A stretch of DNA of 64,000 bases from positions 736,001 through 800,000 of the forward strand of contig CBDBZU010000004.1 of NCBI GenBank assembly GCA_965213625.1. Direction: 5' to 3'. The position numbers were made by a program, and so were the translations under genes. The notes under the pieces are model-generated. The model worked only from the letters and a program-made list of their open reading frames with translations, was not told where the DNA came from and searched no databases. Within the stretch, counting starts at the first letter, position 1. Every line of letters begins with the position of its first letter. This DNA comes from a bacterium. Its GTDB lineage: Bacteria; UBA8248. Positions 1 to 10,786 of this stretch are shown in pieces.

Positions 1-628
1 TGGGAGCGCCGAGCGCGCCCGCGAAAGCCGCGAACCCCGCAGCGCCCCCGAATATGCTCGTGAGCAACCACCGCGTGTTGATGCCGAGCGCCTCGGCCAT
101 CTCGCTGTCATCGGTGATGGCGCGAATCTTGAGACCCACAGGCGTGAACTGGATAAAGACGAAGACCAGCCCCGTCACCAGCAACGAGAGCGCCGACGCA
201 AAGAGCCTGTAGACGGGGAACTGATTGCCGAGGATATCCACCGTGCCCTGGAAGATGACGGGCGGCTTAATCAGGGTCGTCTCGGTGCCCCAGAGATACT
301 CTATCGCGCCCGTAATCATGAAGGAGAGACCAAACGTCACGAGCAGGGTATAGATTTCGTCACGATGCCGGATGGGGGCGATCGTCAGCCATTCCATCGC
401 GATGGCCAGGGGCACCACCACCAGCGGGGCGAACACCATCGCCCCCCAGCCCAGCGAGGGCAGGAGGATGATAAAGAAATATCCCCCCAGGGCGTACAAC
501 ACCCCGTGCGCGAAGTTGACGACTCGGCCCAAGCCGAACACCAGGCTCAGGCCGAGACTCGTCAAAGTCAGGAACGATCCGTAGATGATCCCGTTCAGTG
601 AATTGACGAACAAGAAATTCCAATCCAT
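1..628 (-). CDS. livH: Branched-chain amino acid ABC transporter permease (LivH-like), runs off the window start
   Basis: Read manually from ATG at 628: MDWNFLFVNSLNGIIYGSFLTLTSLGLSLVFGLGRVVNFAHG, the LivH N-terminal signature; directly follows the binding-protein gene. Not in the ORF track. Confidence 0.9.
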   Translation of the reverse strand, partial: MDWNFLFVNSLNGIIYGSFLTLTSLGLSLVFGLGRVVNFAHGVLYALGGYFFIILLPSLGWGAMVFAPLVVVPLAIAMEWLTIAPIRHRDEIYTLLVTFGLSFMITGAIEYLWGTETTLIKPPVIFQGTVDILGNQFPVYRLFASALSLLVTGLVFVFIQFTPVGLKIRAITDDSEMAEALGINTRWLLTSIFGGAAGFAAFAGALGAP

Positions 629-636
629 CCCAATGG

Positions 637-1893
637 CTATTTCTTCAAATTACAGCCGAGCTTCTTCGCCGGCTCGAGTGTCCTGGACGCCGGAAGCGCC
701 GTGACCGACTGCGCATACATGGCGCCGTACTTCGGTTTCTTAAGCTTCTCGATTTTCCCGAGAATGAGCGGCACCTCCGCCATACGCCCGTCCTTCTGAA
801 AGCGCATTCTTCCCGCAGGCGCCTCTACGTCGAGCTTCTCGAGCGCCGCGACGATGGCCTTCCCGTCCGTTGAACCCGCCTTCTCGATGGCGTTGAACAG
901 AAGCTGGGCCGCCGTACCCGCCTGGATGGCCTGCATCCCGGCTACGCGGCCGTGCATCTTGTAGTAGAGCTCGTTGAACTTTTTGGTCGTGGGTATCGTG
1001 TCCTCCAGGCGCCACGCGCTCCACGCGCCCGCCGAGACGATATGAGTCGACAATTCACCCAGCTTGGCGATGAGCCAGTCCGGCAGGCCGATGGGCGCCA
1101 CCAGAGTTGCCTGCTTGGTGAGGCCGAACTCGTTGGCCTGCTGGATGAACTGCACGAGCGGCGTTCCCAGGGTAACGGGAATGACCACCGCCGTCGCGCC
1201 CGACGCGCGGACCTTGGCGATGAACGGCGCCCAGTCCGTGGTGTCCAGCGGCGCGAACGCCTCGCCGACGTAGTTCACGCCCTTGACGATCTTGACCGAG
1301 CGCGCCACCCGGCGGCTCCAGGGATAGTCGTGGCCCATGGTGAACCACTTCCCTTTCTTGAACTTCGGGTTGTCGTTGATGAGCGAGTCCATCGCCACGA
1401 TGGCCATCTGGGGAGTGGGGTTCGTCTGGAACACCCAGTAGTTGCACTTTTCGCCCGTGATGGCGGCCGAGCCGCTGTTCGAGGTGATGATCGGCACGCG
1501 GAGGCGATTCGCCACGGGCAGCAGCGCCAAGGCTTCTAACGTGCTGGTTCCCAGAATCGCCGTGACCTGGTTTTTCTGAACGAGTTTGGTCGCCTTGGTG
1601 ACCGCCACCTGCGCGTTCACCAGGCTGTCCTCCAGAATCAGTTCGACGGGCCGGCCCATGACGTTTCCTTGAATCTTCACGGCCGTCTGGATGCCCGTGG
1701 TAATCTCATCCCCGATGGGCTTGAGCTTTCCGCTCAAAAACGACAGCACCCCGATTTTTAAGGGCGCTTTCTTTGCGGCGAAGGCAGGGGAACTGAAAGC
1801 GGCGATGAAGACGAAAACCGTCACCGTCAACATGACCGCCATGCGGGAAACGCTGAACCAACGCTTACTGGTATACGTCGATCTCGTTGCCAT
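637..1893 (-). CDS. Liv-family ABC transporter substrate-binding protein
   Basis: Signal peptide (AFA-AKK), LKIGVLSFLSG, GRPVELILED motifs; start moved to ATG 1893 because of a GGAGGA RBS at 1901-1906. Confidence 0.9.
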   Translation of the reverse strand: MATRSTYTSKRWFSVSRMAVMLTVTVFVFIAAFSSPAFAAKKAPLKIGVLSFLSGKLKPIGDEITTGIQTAVKIQGNVMGRPVELILEDSLVNAQVAVTKATKLVQKNQVTAILGTSTLEALALLPVANRLRVPIITSNSGSAAITGEKCNYWVFQTNPTPQMAIVAMDSLINDNPKFKKGKWFTMGHDYPWSRRVARSVKIVKGVNYVGEAFAPLDTTDWAPFIAKVRASGATAVVIPVTLGTPLVQFIQQANEFGLTKQATLVAPIGLPDWLIAKLGELSTHIVSAGAWSAWRLEDTIPTTKKFNELYYKMHGRVAGMQAIQAGTAAQLLFNAIEKAGSTDGKAIVAALEKLDVEAPAGRMRFQKDGRMAEVPLILGKIEKLKKPKYGAMYAQSVTALPASRTLEPAKKLGCNLKK

Positions 1894-2267
1894 TACATGA
1901 TCCTCCCTAGCTTCCGATTCCGTGGACTCAGAGTGCGGACGCAGGGATTTGCCCGTTTCCGCACGTACAAGAGAAGAAAGATTGAACCTTTCCCCCGGAT
2001 TTATTCCGGTGCGGTTCACGCAAGCAACATATGGCAAGATATATAGTTTCAATATACAGGAAGCCCTATATCGGCACAACAAGCAAAAACACGGCCCGAG
2101 ACCGTACAAGCGCGGCGCGAGAAAGCTCGATCCAGTCAATGCGCGGGCTGATGAGGTATGAATCAAGCGACGTTTCGGCGTACTCTTCACCCACGACGAA
2201 ACGCAGTCGCCGAAAGCAGGTATGATGCCTCATACGGGTTCGGGCGTTTTTTCAGGAGAGATTCGGT

Positions 2268-3116
2268 TTGCTTCCAAAGTTCATCGTGCTCGCGCTTTTC
2301 GCATCGTTTCTGATCGGCGTGGCGGACTACGTATATGGACGCGCGGTCAGGAACCGCATACTGCCGGGCACGATTACGGCTTCGCAGTCGAGCATCGTCG
2401 TCCCCATCACGTGGATCTGGGCGTATTACGAAGGCAGCTACTCCTGGACGCCCCCCGCCTTCCTGGGAATCGGCGCCGCTTTTTTCACATTCATCGGCTT
2501 TTGGTGCTTCATGAGAAGCGTGGAACTCGGAGAGGCGAGCGCCAGCACGCCCATCTACCGGATGAGTTTCGTCGTCACCGCCATGCTCGCCGTCTTGATT
2601 CTGGATGAATCGATCACGCTTCCCAAAATCTTAGGACTCGTCCTCACCGGCAGCGCCATTTTCCTGTTCTCGGACTTTCACCGGGGGAGTTTCTCCCCCG
2701 ATAGGCTCGCCTCCATCCTTTGGGCCGTCGTGGCGATGGTGGCCGTCGGCCTCGTGAACTTCATCTACAAGCTCGGCGTCTCGGGTGGCGTGGCGCCGAT
2801 CATGTTCTTGCACAGCCAGGCGGTTTTCTTCATTACCATCGCGTTCATCTACTCGTGGGTGGTGCAGGGCGGGCCGAAATTCTCGAAAAAAGGCTGGGCG
2901 CACGGACTCGCGACCGCCACCTGTTTCATTTTCGGGATCACCTCGCTGCTGGCCGCATTCAGGGAGGGTGAGGCCACCATCGTCTCACCGATCTTACAGC
3001 TGAGCTTCATCGTGACCACAATCCTGGCCACCTGGCGGCTGTCGGAAAAGATGACGGTGAGAAAATTGTTGGGGCTGGCCGCCGCGGTGGGAACTATCGT
3101 CGCCTTCACGCAGTAA
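2268..3116 (+). CDS. EamA/DMT family transporter
   Basis: About 10 hydrophobic helices in two repeats (GEASASTPI / GEATIVSPI; LDESIT / LSEKMT); GGAG RBS before TTG. Confidence 0.88.
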   Translation: MLPKFIVLALFASFLIGVADYVYGRAVRNRILPGTITASQSSIVVPITWIWAYYEGSYSWTPPAFLGIGAAFFTFIGFWCFMRSVELGEASASTPIYRMSFVVTAMLAVLILDESITLPKILGLVLTGSAIFLFSDFHRGSFSPDRLASILWAVVAMVAVGLVNFIYKLGVSGGVAPIMFLHSQAVFFITIAFIYSWVVQGGPKFSKKGWAHGLATATCFIFGITSLLAAFREGEATIVSPILQLSFIVTTILATWRLSEKMTVRKLLGLAAAVGTIVAFTQ

Positions 3117-3164
3117 CGCGAAAAGCCGGCGGCTCGTTTATCCAGATGGAGGATGCGCGGGGAT

Positions 3165-4757
3165 TCAGGGAGAAGCTGTGGACGATACCGCCTCGGCGCT
3201 TCGCTTTACACGCTGCGCATCAAGCGCCGCCTGGCGAAGCGTTTCCACGTCCGCGCTCTTGGCGTCCTTCAAGACGGCCAACGCCAGTTCGAGGACCGTA
3301 TCCAGTTTTTTCTCGTCTGCCTTTTTCTTCTTCTTGTAGAGCGAAGTCTTCATCTCTTTTCTCCGCTCTCTAATCTCTTTTTTGGTAAGCGGCTGAGGCC
3401 CCGCCTCAACATCGGGCTGGATGCCTTTCTCGTGAATCAGGCGTCCGAGCGGGGTGTAGTATTTCGCCGTCGTCAACCGGACCGCCGCCGCACCCCGCGT
3501 GGGAATGATGGCCTGAACCGAGCCTTTGCCGAAGCTGGTCCTGCCGATGATCAGGGCGCGGTCCAGGTCCTGTAAGGCGCCAGCCACGATTTCGGACGCG
3601 CTCGCGCTGCCCTTGTTGATCAGCGCGACCATGGGCTTGCCCACCCATACACCGTTACCGCGAGAGCGGAAATACACCGTCTCGCTGCGTCTTCGCCCCC
3701 GTGTAAAGACAATCATACTTCCATCGGGCAGAAAACGTTCTGAGACCTGGACGGACTGGCGGAGAAAACCACCCGGGTTGTCGCGCAGGTCCAGCACGAT
3801 TCCCCTGACCTTCTTGCGAATCAACTTGTTGAGAGCCACGTCCAGTTCCCGCGTCGTTCGCCCATGAAATGCCGTGACCCGCAGATAGCCGATCTCACCC
3901 TCTTTCACTTCCGACTTCACGCTTTTAATGCTGATGATCGCGCGACGCAGCATCACGTTCCGGGGCTCGGGCCAACTGGCGCGCGAAATCAGCAAATCCA
4001 CCGTCTTGCCTGCAGGCCCTCTCATGCGGCGCACAACCTCGGACAGCAGCATGTCCTTAGTAGACGCGCCGTCGATTTCCAGAATCACGTCCTCGGACTT
4101 GAGACCCGCTCGGTGCGCGGGTGTGTCGTCGATGGGCGATATGACGGTTAGTTTCTTGTCCCGCACCGTGATGATGACGCCCACCCCGCCATAGCGGCCC
4201 GTATGCTCCACCCGCATCTGCTTGTAGGACTCGGGGGAGACGAACGTGCTGAAAGGATCCAGGGAACGCAGCATGGAAGTGAGCGCGGCGTACATGACGC
4301 GCAGCCCGCCCTTTTTTTTCTTCTTGGAATCCTCGGCGTTCGCCATCGCGAACCGATAGGCGCGCTCGAACCCGCCCAGCCCGCCATCGGTGTCTCCCCG
4401 GAGGCGAACCTGCAACTCCTTCTCCCCCGCCTTGAGGAGAACCTCGTCTCCCGCTTTTTCCTCGAAGTCGAAGCGCCCCTCACCCGCGCTTTTCTTGAGG
4501 CCTTCCAAACCCGCGACGTACATTTTCCTGAAATCGGGGGTGCGCGCATAACTATCGTCCACCTTCTGCATGACTTCATACAGGAGGGCGATGGCCTCTT
4601 CCTGATCGCTTGAGAGCGAAGAGACGAGGCTCGCGGAGAGCACCGCAGCCAAAAGAGTGAGACATATCGTAATATGCTTCGCGCGCCGGACGCCGCCAGC
4701 GCGTGAACGGAAAAGATGGGATAAGCGAATGCGCCTTATCGACATGGGCCGTTCCAA
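3165..4757 (-). CDS. ctpA: S41 family carboxyl-terminal processing protease
   Basis: PDZ domain, LDLRDNPGG, SASASEIVAGALQD, FGKGSVQ, TTAKYYTP motifs. Confidence 0.95.
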   Translation of the reverse strand: MERPMSIRRIRLSHLFRSRAGGVRRAKHITICLTLLAAVLSASLVSSLSSDQEEAIALLYEVMQKVDDSYARTPDFRKMYVAGLEGLKKSAGEGRFDFEEKAGDEVLLKAGEKELQVRLRGDTDGGLGGFERAYRFAMANAEDSKKKKKGGLRVMYAALTSMLRSLDPFSTFVSPESYKQMRVEHTGRYGGVGVIITVRDKKLTVISPIDDTPAHRAGLKSEDVILEIDGASTKDMLLSEVVRRMRGPAGKTVDLLISRASWPEPRNVMLRRAIISIKSVKSEVKEGEIGYLRVTAFHGRTTRELDVALNKLIRKKVRGIVLDLRDNPGGFLRQSVQVSERFLPDGSMIVFTRGRRRSETVYFRSRGNGVWVGKPMVALINKGSASASEIVAGALQDLDRALIIGRTSFGKGSVQAIIPTRGAAAVRLTTAKYYTPLGRLIHEKGIQPDVEAGPQPLTKKEIRERRKEMKTSLYKKKKKADEKKLDTVLELALAVLKDAKSADVETLRQAALDAQRVKRSAEAVSSTASP

Positions 4758-4867
4758 TGGTTAGGGTTCATCGGATGGCTTCGCATGGTACATCATACCA
4801 CAGCCCGGCGGTATGCACCGCCCCAGCGCCATTTAGAGAAAAACCGGTTCCATAGAAGGATTGAGCG

Positions 4868-5548
4868 ATGATCTCCATCGTCGTGCCCGTGCTGAACGAA
4901 GCGCCCAGGCTGCCCGCCATGTTCGAGATGCTCGACGCCCAGCCGGGGGAGAAGCAAATTATCATCGCCGACGGGGGGAGTACGGACGATACACGCGACG
5001 TGGCGGAGGGGCGCGCTCTTATCGTCGAATCAGATCCCGGCCGCGCTCGCCAGATGAACGCGGGCGCAGCCCATGCAGCAGGTGAGACGATCCTGTTTCT
5101 ACACTGCGACACGAAGCTGCCCGCAGGGGCGTTACGGGAAATCGAAGACGTCATACGCGCGAGCGACGTGGCGGGCGGGGGCTTTCTCCACAGCTTCGAC
5201 AGAGACGACAGCTTCAGCCGCTTCATCAGCTTCAGCGCGAACACGCGCGCGAAGATGGCGAAACTCTTCTTCGGCGATCAGTGCATCTTCATCCGGCGCG
5301 AGGCCTTCGAGCGCATGGGCGGCTACGCCGACATGCCGCTGTTCGAGGATTGGGACCTGAGCAGGCGGATGCGGGCTTTCGGGCGCACCGCCGTCATCGA
5401 GACGCCCGTCGTCACGAGCGGGCGGCGCATGGACGTATGGGGCAAGCCCAAGTGCCTCGTCATCTGGTGGGGGTTGAGCATCCTCTTCGCGCTGGGCGTA
5501 TCGGCGGAGCGCCTCGCCCGGTATTACGCGCACGTGCGCGACGCGTGA
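4868..5548 (+). CDS. GT2 glycosyltransferase, TIGR04283-like
   Basis: ISIVVPVLNEA, DGGSTD, GRARQMNAGA, FLHCD, FGDQCIF, LFED, TSGRR motifs. Confidence 0.88.
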   Translation: MISIVVPVLNEAPRLPAMFEMLDAQPGEKQIIIADGGSTDDTRDVAEGRALIVESDPGRARQMNAGAAHAAGETILFLHCDTKLPAGALREIEDVIRASDVAGGGFLHSFDRDDSFSRFISFSANTRAKMAKLFFGDQCIFIRREAFERMGGYADMPLFEDWDLSRRMRAFGRTAVIETPVVTSGRRMDVWGKPKCLVIWWGLSILFALGVSAERLARYYAHVRDA

Positions 5549-5696
5549 TGCGCGCGTTTTCACTGATAACCTTGCATCCCACTGCCCAGGGGATGATATA
5601 TTGCGCCTGAAATCATCACCCATTCGCAGGTAGCGATTCAATAACCTCATCCGCGCTGGTCATGGATTTGGCGCGGATGACGGCGGGAGGCGAGGA

Positions 5697-7763
5697 ATGC
5701 GATTCGCGGTCGATACGGGCGGGACCTTCACCGACCTCGTGCTCGAGGACAACCGGGGCCGTCTCCATATGTTCAAGGCCCCCACGACGCCCCAGGACCC
5801 TGTCGAGGGCATTCTCGCGGCGATAGAGGCCGCAGCCGTTGCGCTCTCGACGAGCATCGGCGAACTCCTCGCCCAGGGCGAACTCTTCATCCACGGCACC
5901 ACCCACGCCACCAACGCCATCGTGACGGGCAACACGGCCAGGACCGCCTTCCTCACCACGAAGGGACACCCCGACATTCTCGTGCTGCGCGAGGGCGGGC
6001 GCATGGAGCCGTTCAACTTCTTAGTACCCTTCCCCAAGCCTTACGTCCCACGCGCACTCACCTTCGAGGTGCCCGAGCGCATCGGCGCTGACGGCAGCGT
6101 GTACGAACCGCTCGATGAGGCGGGCGTCATCGCCATTATCGAAGAGCTCAAAGAAAAAAAGGTGGAGGCGGTGGCCGTCTCTCTCTTGTGGTCCACGGTG
6201 AACGCAGCACACGAAATCGGCGTGGGCAAACTGCTGAAAAAACATTTGAAGGGTGTGCCCTTCACCTTATCCCACGTTCTGAACCCGATTCTGCGCGAAT
6301 ACCGCAGGGCTTCTTCCACCTGCATCGACGCTTCCTTGAAGCCCCTGATGTCGCGTTACATCGGCGGGCTGCAAGAGCGCCTCAAGGCGGCGGGCTTCGG
6401 CGGACGGCTCCTGATGCTGACGTCGAAGGGCGGCGTGATGGACGCAGACGAACTCGCCGAAGCGCCCATCCATTCGGTGGGTTCGGGACCCTCGATGGCG
6501 CCCATCGCGGGCAGGCACTTCTCCCGCGCAGACGCCAAGGCCGCTACGGCGATTGTGGCCGACACAGGCGGCACCACCTATGACGTGAGCCTCGTGCGAC
6601 GGGGCGAAATACCCATGTCGCCCGAAACCTGGCTCGGCCAGCGCTACCGGGGCCACATTCTGGGATTCCCCTCGGTGGACGTGAAGAGCATCGGCGCGGG
6701 GGGCGGGAGCATCGCCTGGGTGGATGAGGGCGGACTCTTACACGTCGGGCCGCAGAGCGCGGGCGCGGAACCGGGCCCCGCCTGCTACGGCCGGGGCGGC
6801 GCGCGGCCCACGCTCACGGACGCATCTTTGGTGCTCGGCCACATCGACCCGGATTATTTTTTGGGCGGGGCGATGACGCTCAGCCTCTCGGAAGCCGAGA
6901 AAGCCATATCGAGAGACGTGGCCGAACCGCTGGGGCTATCCCTCCAGGAGGCGGCCTCGGCCATTTTGAGACTTGCGACGGAAAACATGGTGGGCGCGAT
7001 CGAGGAGATCACCATCCACCAGGGCATCGACCCGAGGGGCGCGGTTCTTATCGGCGGCGGCGGGGCGGCGGGCCTGAACTCGGTCGCCATCGCCAAGCGG
7101 CTCGGCTGTCAGGGACTCGTGATTCCGGAAGTGGGCGCGGCGCTCTCCGCAGCGGGCGCGATGATGAGCGACTTACACGCCGATTACCGCTCGATGTTCT
7201 TCACCATCACGGACAGGTTCGACTTCAAGGGCGCCAACGCGATTTTGAAAACACTCGGCGACAGGTGCCGCGCCTTCATCAAAGGCCCCGGCAAGGGGGC
7301 GGTGGAGAGCGCGACGGAGTTTTACGTCGAAGCGCGCTACAAGCACCAGATATGGGAGATCGATCTGGGGCTGCCCATCAACCGCTTCCACTCGAAAAAA
7401 GACGTTGAGCGCACACGAGCGGCCTTCGACAAAGTGCACGAGGAGGTGTTCGCCTTCCGCGACCCGTCTTCGGAGGTAGAGTTCGTCGGCTGGCGCGCCG
7501 TGGCGCGGTGCAAACTGAGAAAGGGCCGCCTCGGCAGGCTCGTGCGCGAGACGATTCACGAAACGACACTGCCCAAGAGGCGGGAGGCCTACTTCGCGGG
7601 CAAGGGACTCGTGAACGCGCGCGTGGCGGCGTTCGATGCCATGAAGGCGGGTGCGGCGATGCGCGGGCCGGCCATCATCGAATCACCGTTCACGACGGTG
7701 GTCATCGACCCCGGCGCCAAGGCCGAGCGCACGAGAAGCGGCAGTCTGTTCATCACGCTCTAG
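5697..7763 (+). CDS. Hydantoinase A / 5-oxoprolinase family subunit
   Basis: DTGGTFTD, HGTTHATNA, DTGGTT, SIGAGGGSIA, GPQSAGAEPGPACY. Confidence 0.95.
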   Translation: MRFAVDTGGTFTDLVLEDNRGRLHMFKAPTTPQDPVEGILAAIEAAAVALSTSIGELLAQGELFIHGTTHATNAIVTGNTARTAFLTTKGHPDILVLREGGRMEPFNFLVPFPKPYVPRALTFEVPERIGADGSVYEPLDEAGVIAIIEELKEKKVEAVAVSLLWSTVNAAHEIGVGKLLKKHLKGVPFTLSHVLNPILREYRRASSTCIDASLKPLMSRYIGGLQERLKAAGFGGRLLMLTSKGGVMDADELAEAPIHSVGSGPSMAPIAGRHFSRADAKAATAIVADTGGTTYDVSLVRRGEIPMSPETWLGQRYRGHILGFPSVDVKSIGAGGGSIAWVDEGGLLHVGPQSAGAEPGPACYGRGGARPTLTDASLVLGHIDPDYFLGGAMTLSLSEAEKAISRDVAEPLGLSLQEAASAILRLATENMVGAIEEITIHQGIDPRGAVLIGGGGAAGLNSVAIAKRLGCQGLVIPEVGAALSAAGAMMSDLHADYRSMFFTITDRFDFKGANAILKTLGDRCRAFIKGPGKGAVESATEFYVEARYKHQIWEIDLGLPINRFHSKKDVERTRAAFDKVHEEVFAFRDPSSEVEFVGWRAVARCKLRKGRLGRLVRETIHETTLPKRREAYFAGKGLVNARVAAFDAMKAGAAMRGPAIIESPFTTVVIDPGAKAERTRSGSLFITL

Positions 7764-7772
7764 GAGCAGGAT

Positions 7773-9575
7773 ATGGCGAGAGCAACAACGAGACGCGCGA
7801 AGCAAAAGACGAAACTAGACCCCATCACCCTGGCGGTGCTGCACAAGCGCTTCGACGCCGTGACCACCAAGATGGCGAACACGCTCCTACGCACGGGTCG
7901 CTCGGGCGTGCTGAACCTCGCGCGCGATTTCTCGACCTCCGTCGTGACGCGCGAGTGCGAACTGCTGACGGGCGCGGAATCGCTGCCAATCCACCACTTA
8001 AGCGGGGCGGACCTGATGGCCCGCTCGATGATGGACCTACACCCGAACCTGAAGCGCGGCGACGCCTATCTCCACAACTCGCCCTACCACGGCTGCTCGC
8101 ACCCGGCGGACCACACCATCCTCGTGCCCGTCATCGACAAGCGGGGCGAGCACCAGTTCACCGTGTGGGTGAAGGCACACCAGGCGGATTGCGGGTGCAG
8201 CCAGCCCACCACCTACATGGGCCACGCGCGCGACGTGTACGAGGAGGGCGCGCTCATCTTCCCGCCCACCAAGGTGCAGACGAACTACGAAGACAACGAG
8301 GATTTCATCAACTTCTGCCGGATGCGCATCCGCGTGCCCGAGCAGTGGTACGGCGATTACCTCGCCATGATAGGCGCGGCCCGAATCGGCGAGCGCGAGG
8401 TGCTCGCCATGGGCGATGAATACGGCTGGGAGACGCTGCACGACTTCTCGAAAGAGTGGTTCGACTACAGCGAGAAGCTCATGATCTCCGCCATCAAGAA
8501 ACTCCCCACGGGCGAGGCCACCACCCACAGCACGCACGACCCCGTACCCGGCACGCCCGATGAGGGCATTCCCATCACCGCGCACGTGCGGATCGACAAC
8601 AAGAAGGCCACCATCGAGGTGGATTTAACGGACAACCCGGACGCCATGCCCTGCGGCCTGAACCTGAGCGAGGCATGCGCGCGCACCGGCGCGATGATAG
8701 GCGTGTTCAACAGCATCGACGACATCGTGCCCACGAACGCGGGCAGCTTCCGCCGCGTGAACGTGCTGATTCGAGACGGCTCCGTCGCGGGCGGGGGCAA
8801 GCACCCCACTTCGATGTCCGTCGCCACCACCAACCTCGCCGACCGGGTGACGAACCCCGTGCAGCGCGCGTTCTCGAAGATTCAGGACGGCATCGGCCTA
8901 GCCGAGTGCGGGCCGATTTTCCCGGCTTCGATGGGCGTCATCTCGGGTTTCGACCCCAGGAACGACAACGAACCCTTCGTGAACCACCTGTTCCTCATGG
9001 TCACGGGCGGCGCGGGCGCGGGGAAAACCGACGCCTGGCTCACCATTCTCCACGCGGGCAACGCAGGCATGTGCTTCGTGGACAGCATCGAGCTGGACGA
9101 GCTCCACTTTCCCATCTACATCAAGACGCGCAGGCTCATGCCCGACACCGAGGGTGCGGGGCGGACGATTGGCGCGCCTTCGGGCTATTGCGAATACGGC
9201 CCCGTGGGCGGGGGGGACCTGGAAGTCGTCTACGTCTCGGACGGCGCGGTAAACGCTTCCAAGGGAACGCTCGGCGGGCTGAACGGTGCGGTCTGCCAGA
9301 ACTACCTCATGCGCGAGGACGGCTCTCTGGAAGACCTGCCCGGCTGTGCGGACATTATTCTCAAACCCGGCGAGAACGTGGCGTCCTACTGCACGGGCGG
9401 GGGCGGCTACGGCCCCCCGCACGAGCGGCCCGTCGAGAAGGTGCGCGAAGACGTGGAAGAGAAGTGGATCACCAAGGAGCGCGCCTGGAAGGTCTACGGC
9501 GTCGCTATCGACGAGCAAGGCGAGGTGGATACGGCCAAGACCAGACGGAGAAGGAAGCGGTTGGGTAAGAAGTAG
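7773..9575 (+). CDS. Hydantoinase B / oxoprolinase family subunit
   Basis: NSPYHGCSHPAD, AHQAD, GGGGYGPP motifs; adjacent to the A subunit. Confidence 0.95.
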   Translation: MARATTRRAKQKTKLDPITLAVLHKRFDAVTTKMANTLLRTGRSGVLNLARDFSTSVVTRECELLTGAESLPIHHLSGADLMARSMMDLHPNLKRGDAYLHNSPYHGCSHPADHTILVPVIDKRGEHQFTVWVKAHQADCGCSQPTTYMGHARDVYEEGALIFPPTKVQTNYEDNEDFINFCRMRIRVPEQWYGDYLAMIGAARIGEREVLAMGDEYGWETLHDFSKEWFDYSEKLMISAIKKLPTGEATTHSTHDPVPGTPDEGIPITAHVRIDNKKATIEVDLTDNPDAMPCGLNLSEACARTGAMIGVFNSIDDIVPTNAGSFRRVNVLIRDGSVAGGGKHPTSMSVATTNLADRVTNPVQRAFSKIQDGIGLAECGPIFPASMGVISGFDPRNDNEPFVNHLFLMVTGGAGAGKTDAWLTILHAGNAGMCFVDSIELDELHFPIYIKTRRLMPDTEGAGRTIGAPSGYCEYGPVGGGDLEVVYVSDGAVNASKGTLGGLNGAVCQNYLMREDGSLEDLPGCADIILKPGENVASYCTGGGGYGPPHERPVEKVREDVEEKWITKERAWKVYGVAIDEQGEVDTAKTRRRRKRLGKK

Positions 9576-9709
9576 AGACCGAACGTCTACCGCCCTATCG
9601 GGTGGATTATCCAGAACAGGTTATTTGAAGTGTAGGTGACGCATACATGCGTCCCGTAGCCTTTAATCGTCTTTCTTCCAAGATGATTTTATACTGAATA
9701 TTGAAACTC

Positions 9710-10786
9710 TTAAACTTGGTAAATTTCTTTTATCTGTTGTTGCGACAATAGCCTTTCGTAAGTTTCCAACACGCGATAAATCTTATAAGTCTCAACAGAA
9801 TCCAACTTTCCAAAGGTCACGGGTTGTGTGTCGGACACGTGGTTTCCGGCCATGCGATTCAGCTGTGCTCGCCATGATTGCCCGACCTGTTCACGATGCA
9901 GCGTCGAAAACCGAAAGCGGAGCAGAGCAACGCCCAAGTAGCCGAGCCAGTCCTCTCGACCACCAGCTACTTTTTCATCGCATGATCGTTCAAACCAACG
10001 GAGTACCGCGTCCTTTCTAATTTCCAGCAGGTTGGCTTTAGCGAGAACTTCTGCGAGACGATCGGATTCAGCTTTGCGGAGAGGGATCAACCCTCTTGAT
10101 ACCCTCCGGGTGGGTGCTATCAATTCGTTCGGCCACTCCTCCGCCGTATAGTCCCATGTGGAAAGTGGAATGTTGCGCGCTATGAGCAAAAGGCCTACGC
10201 GTAAATGAAGATTATTGGATAAATTTATTCTCCAGCGCCAATGATTCAAGGCTGAAAGGTGGCAAATCTTCTCGAATCCATTACCGATGTTTCGCTCAAG
10301 AAAGCCCGGATGCTTTTCTTTGATGTTTTTCATAAGCCTTCTATTTTCTAATAATCTTTTTCGTCGTTTTTCCTCATCCTTTTGACTGTCTTGGTCATAC
10401 CATTTACTCCATGCTTTATTGACCTTATCTCGATCCGATTCGGACAAACCAGAACGGCGCAACGTGAGAGCCAAAAATTCCCGTAGAGACGGTAGCCATC
10501 CCAGACGATATTCCTTTTCTATAGCCACTAGGTCGGCGTTGCCGAGCACTTCGGCGAGACGCTCAGATTTGGCGGCTCCGAGCCTCCATCGCGTCCATGA
10601 AGCCAACTCCGTCGGCCATCTCGTCGTCGTATGGTCCCACGCGGCGAGCGGAACGCCGTGCGCAATAAGGGCTAAGCCCACGCTCAGATGATGGTTCCGG
10701 CAGGTCGTGCAGGCAGGATCCAGGCACCAGCGGTCCAAGGAAGCAAGACTGCAAAGCTCCTCGAACGGGTTCGCATCAATGCTCAT
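9710..10786 (-). CDS. Hypothetical protein with an internally duplicated domain and a WCxxxxCTTC motif
   Basis: 358-aa ORF coupled by ATGA overlap to the upstream gene; two similar units FEELCSLASLDRW..HLSVGLALIA..WD..WPTEL..RLAEVL and FEKICHLSALNHW..HLRVGLLLIA..WD..WPNEL..RLAEVL. Confidence 0.75.
   Translation of the reverse strand: MSIDANPFEELCSLASLDRWCLDPACTTCRNHHLSVGLALIAHGVPLAAWDHTTTRWPTELASWTRWRLGAAKSERLAEVLGNADLVAIEKEYRLGWLPSLREFLALTLRRSGLSESDRDKVNKAWSKWYDQDSQKDEEKRRKRLLENRRLMKNIKEKHPGFLERNIGNGFEKICHLSALNHWRWRINLSNNLHLRVGLLLIARNIPLSTWDYTAEEWPNELIAPTRRVSRGLIPLRKAESDRLAEVLAKANLLEIRKDAVLRWFERSCDEKVAGGREDWLGYLGVALLRFRFSTLHREQVGQSWRAQLNRMAGNHVSDTQPVTFGKLDSVETYKIYRVLETYERLLSQQQIKEIYQV

Noticed and set aside
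1894-2190. N-terminal extension of the binding protein in the ORF track
   Set aside because: RBS and signal peptide place the start at 1893; the extension is intergenic.
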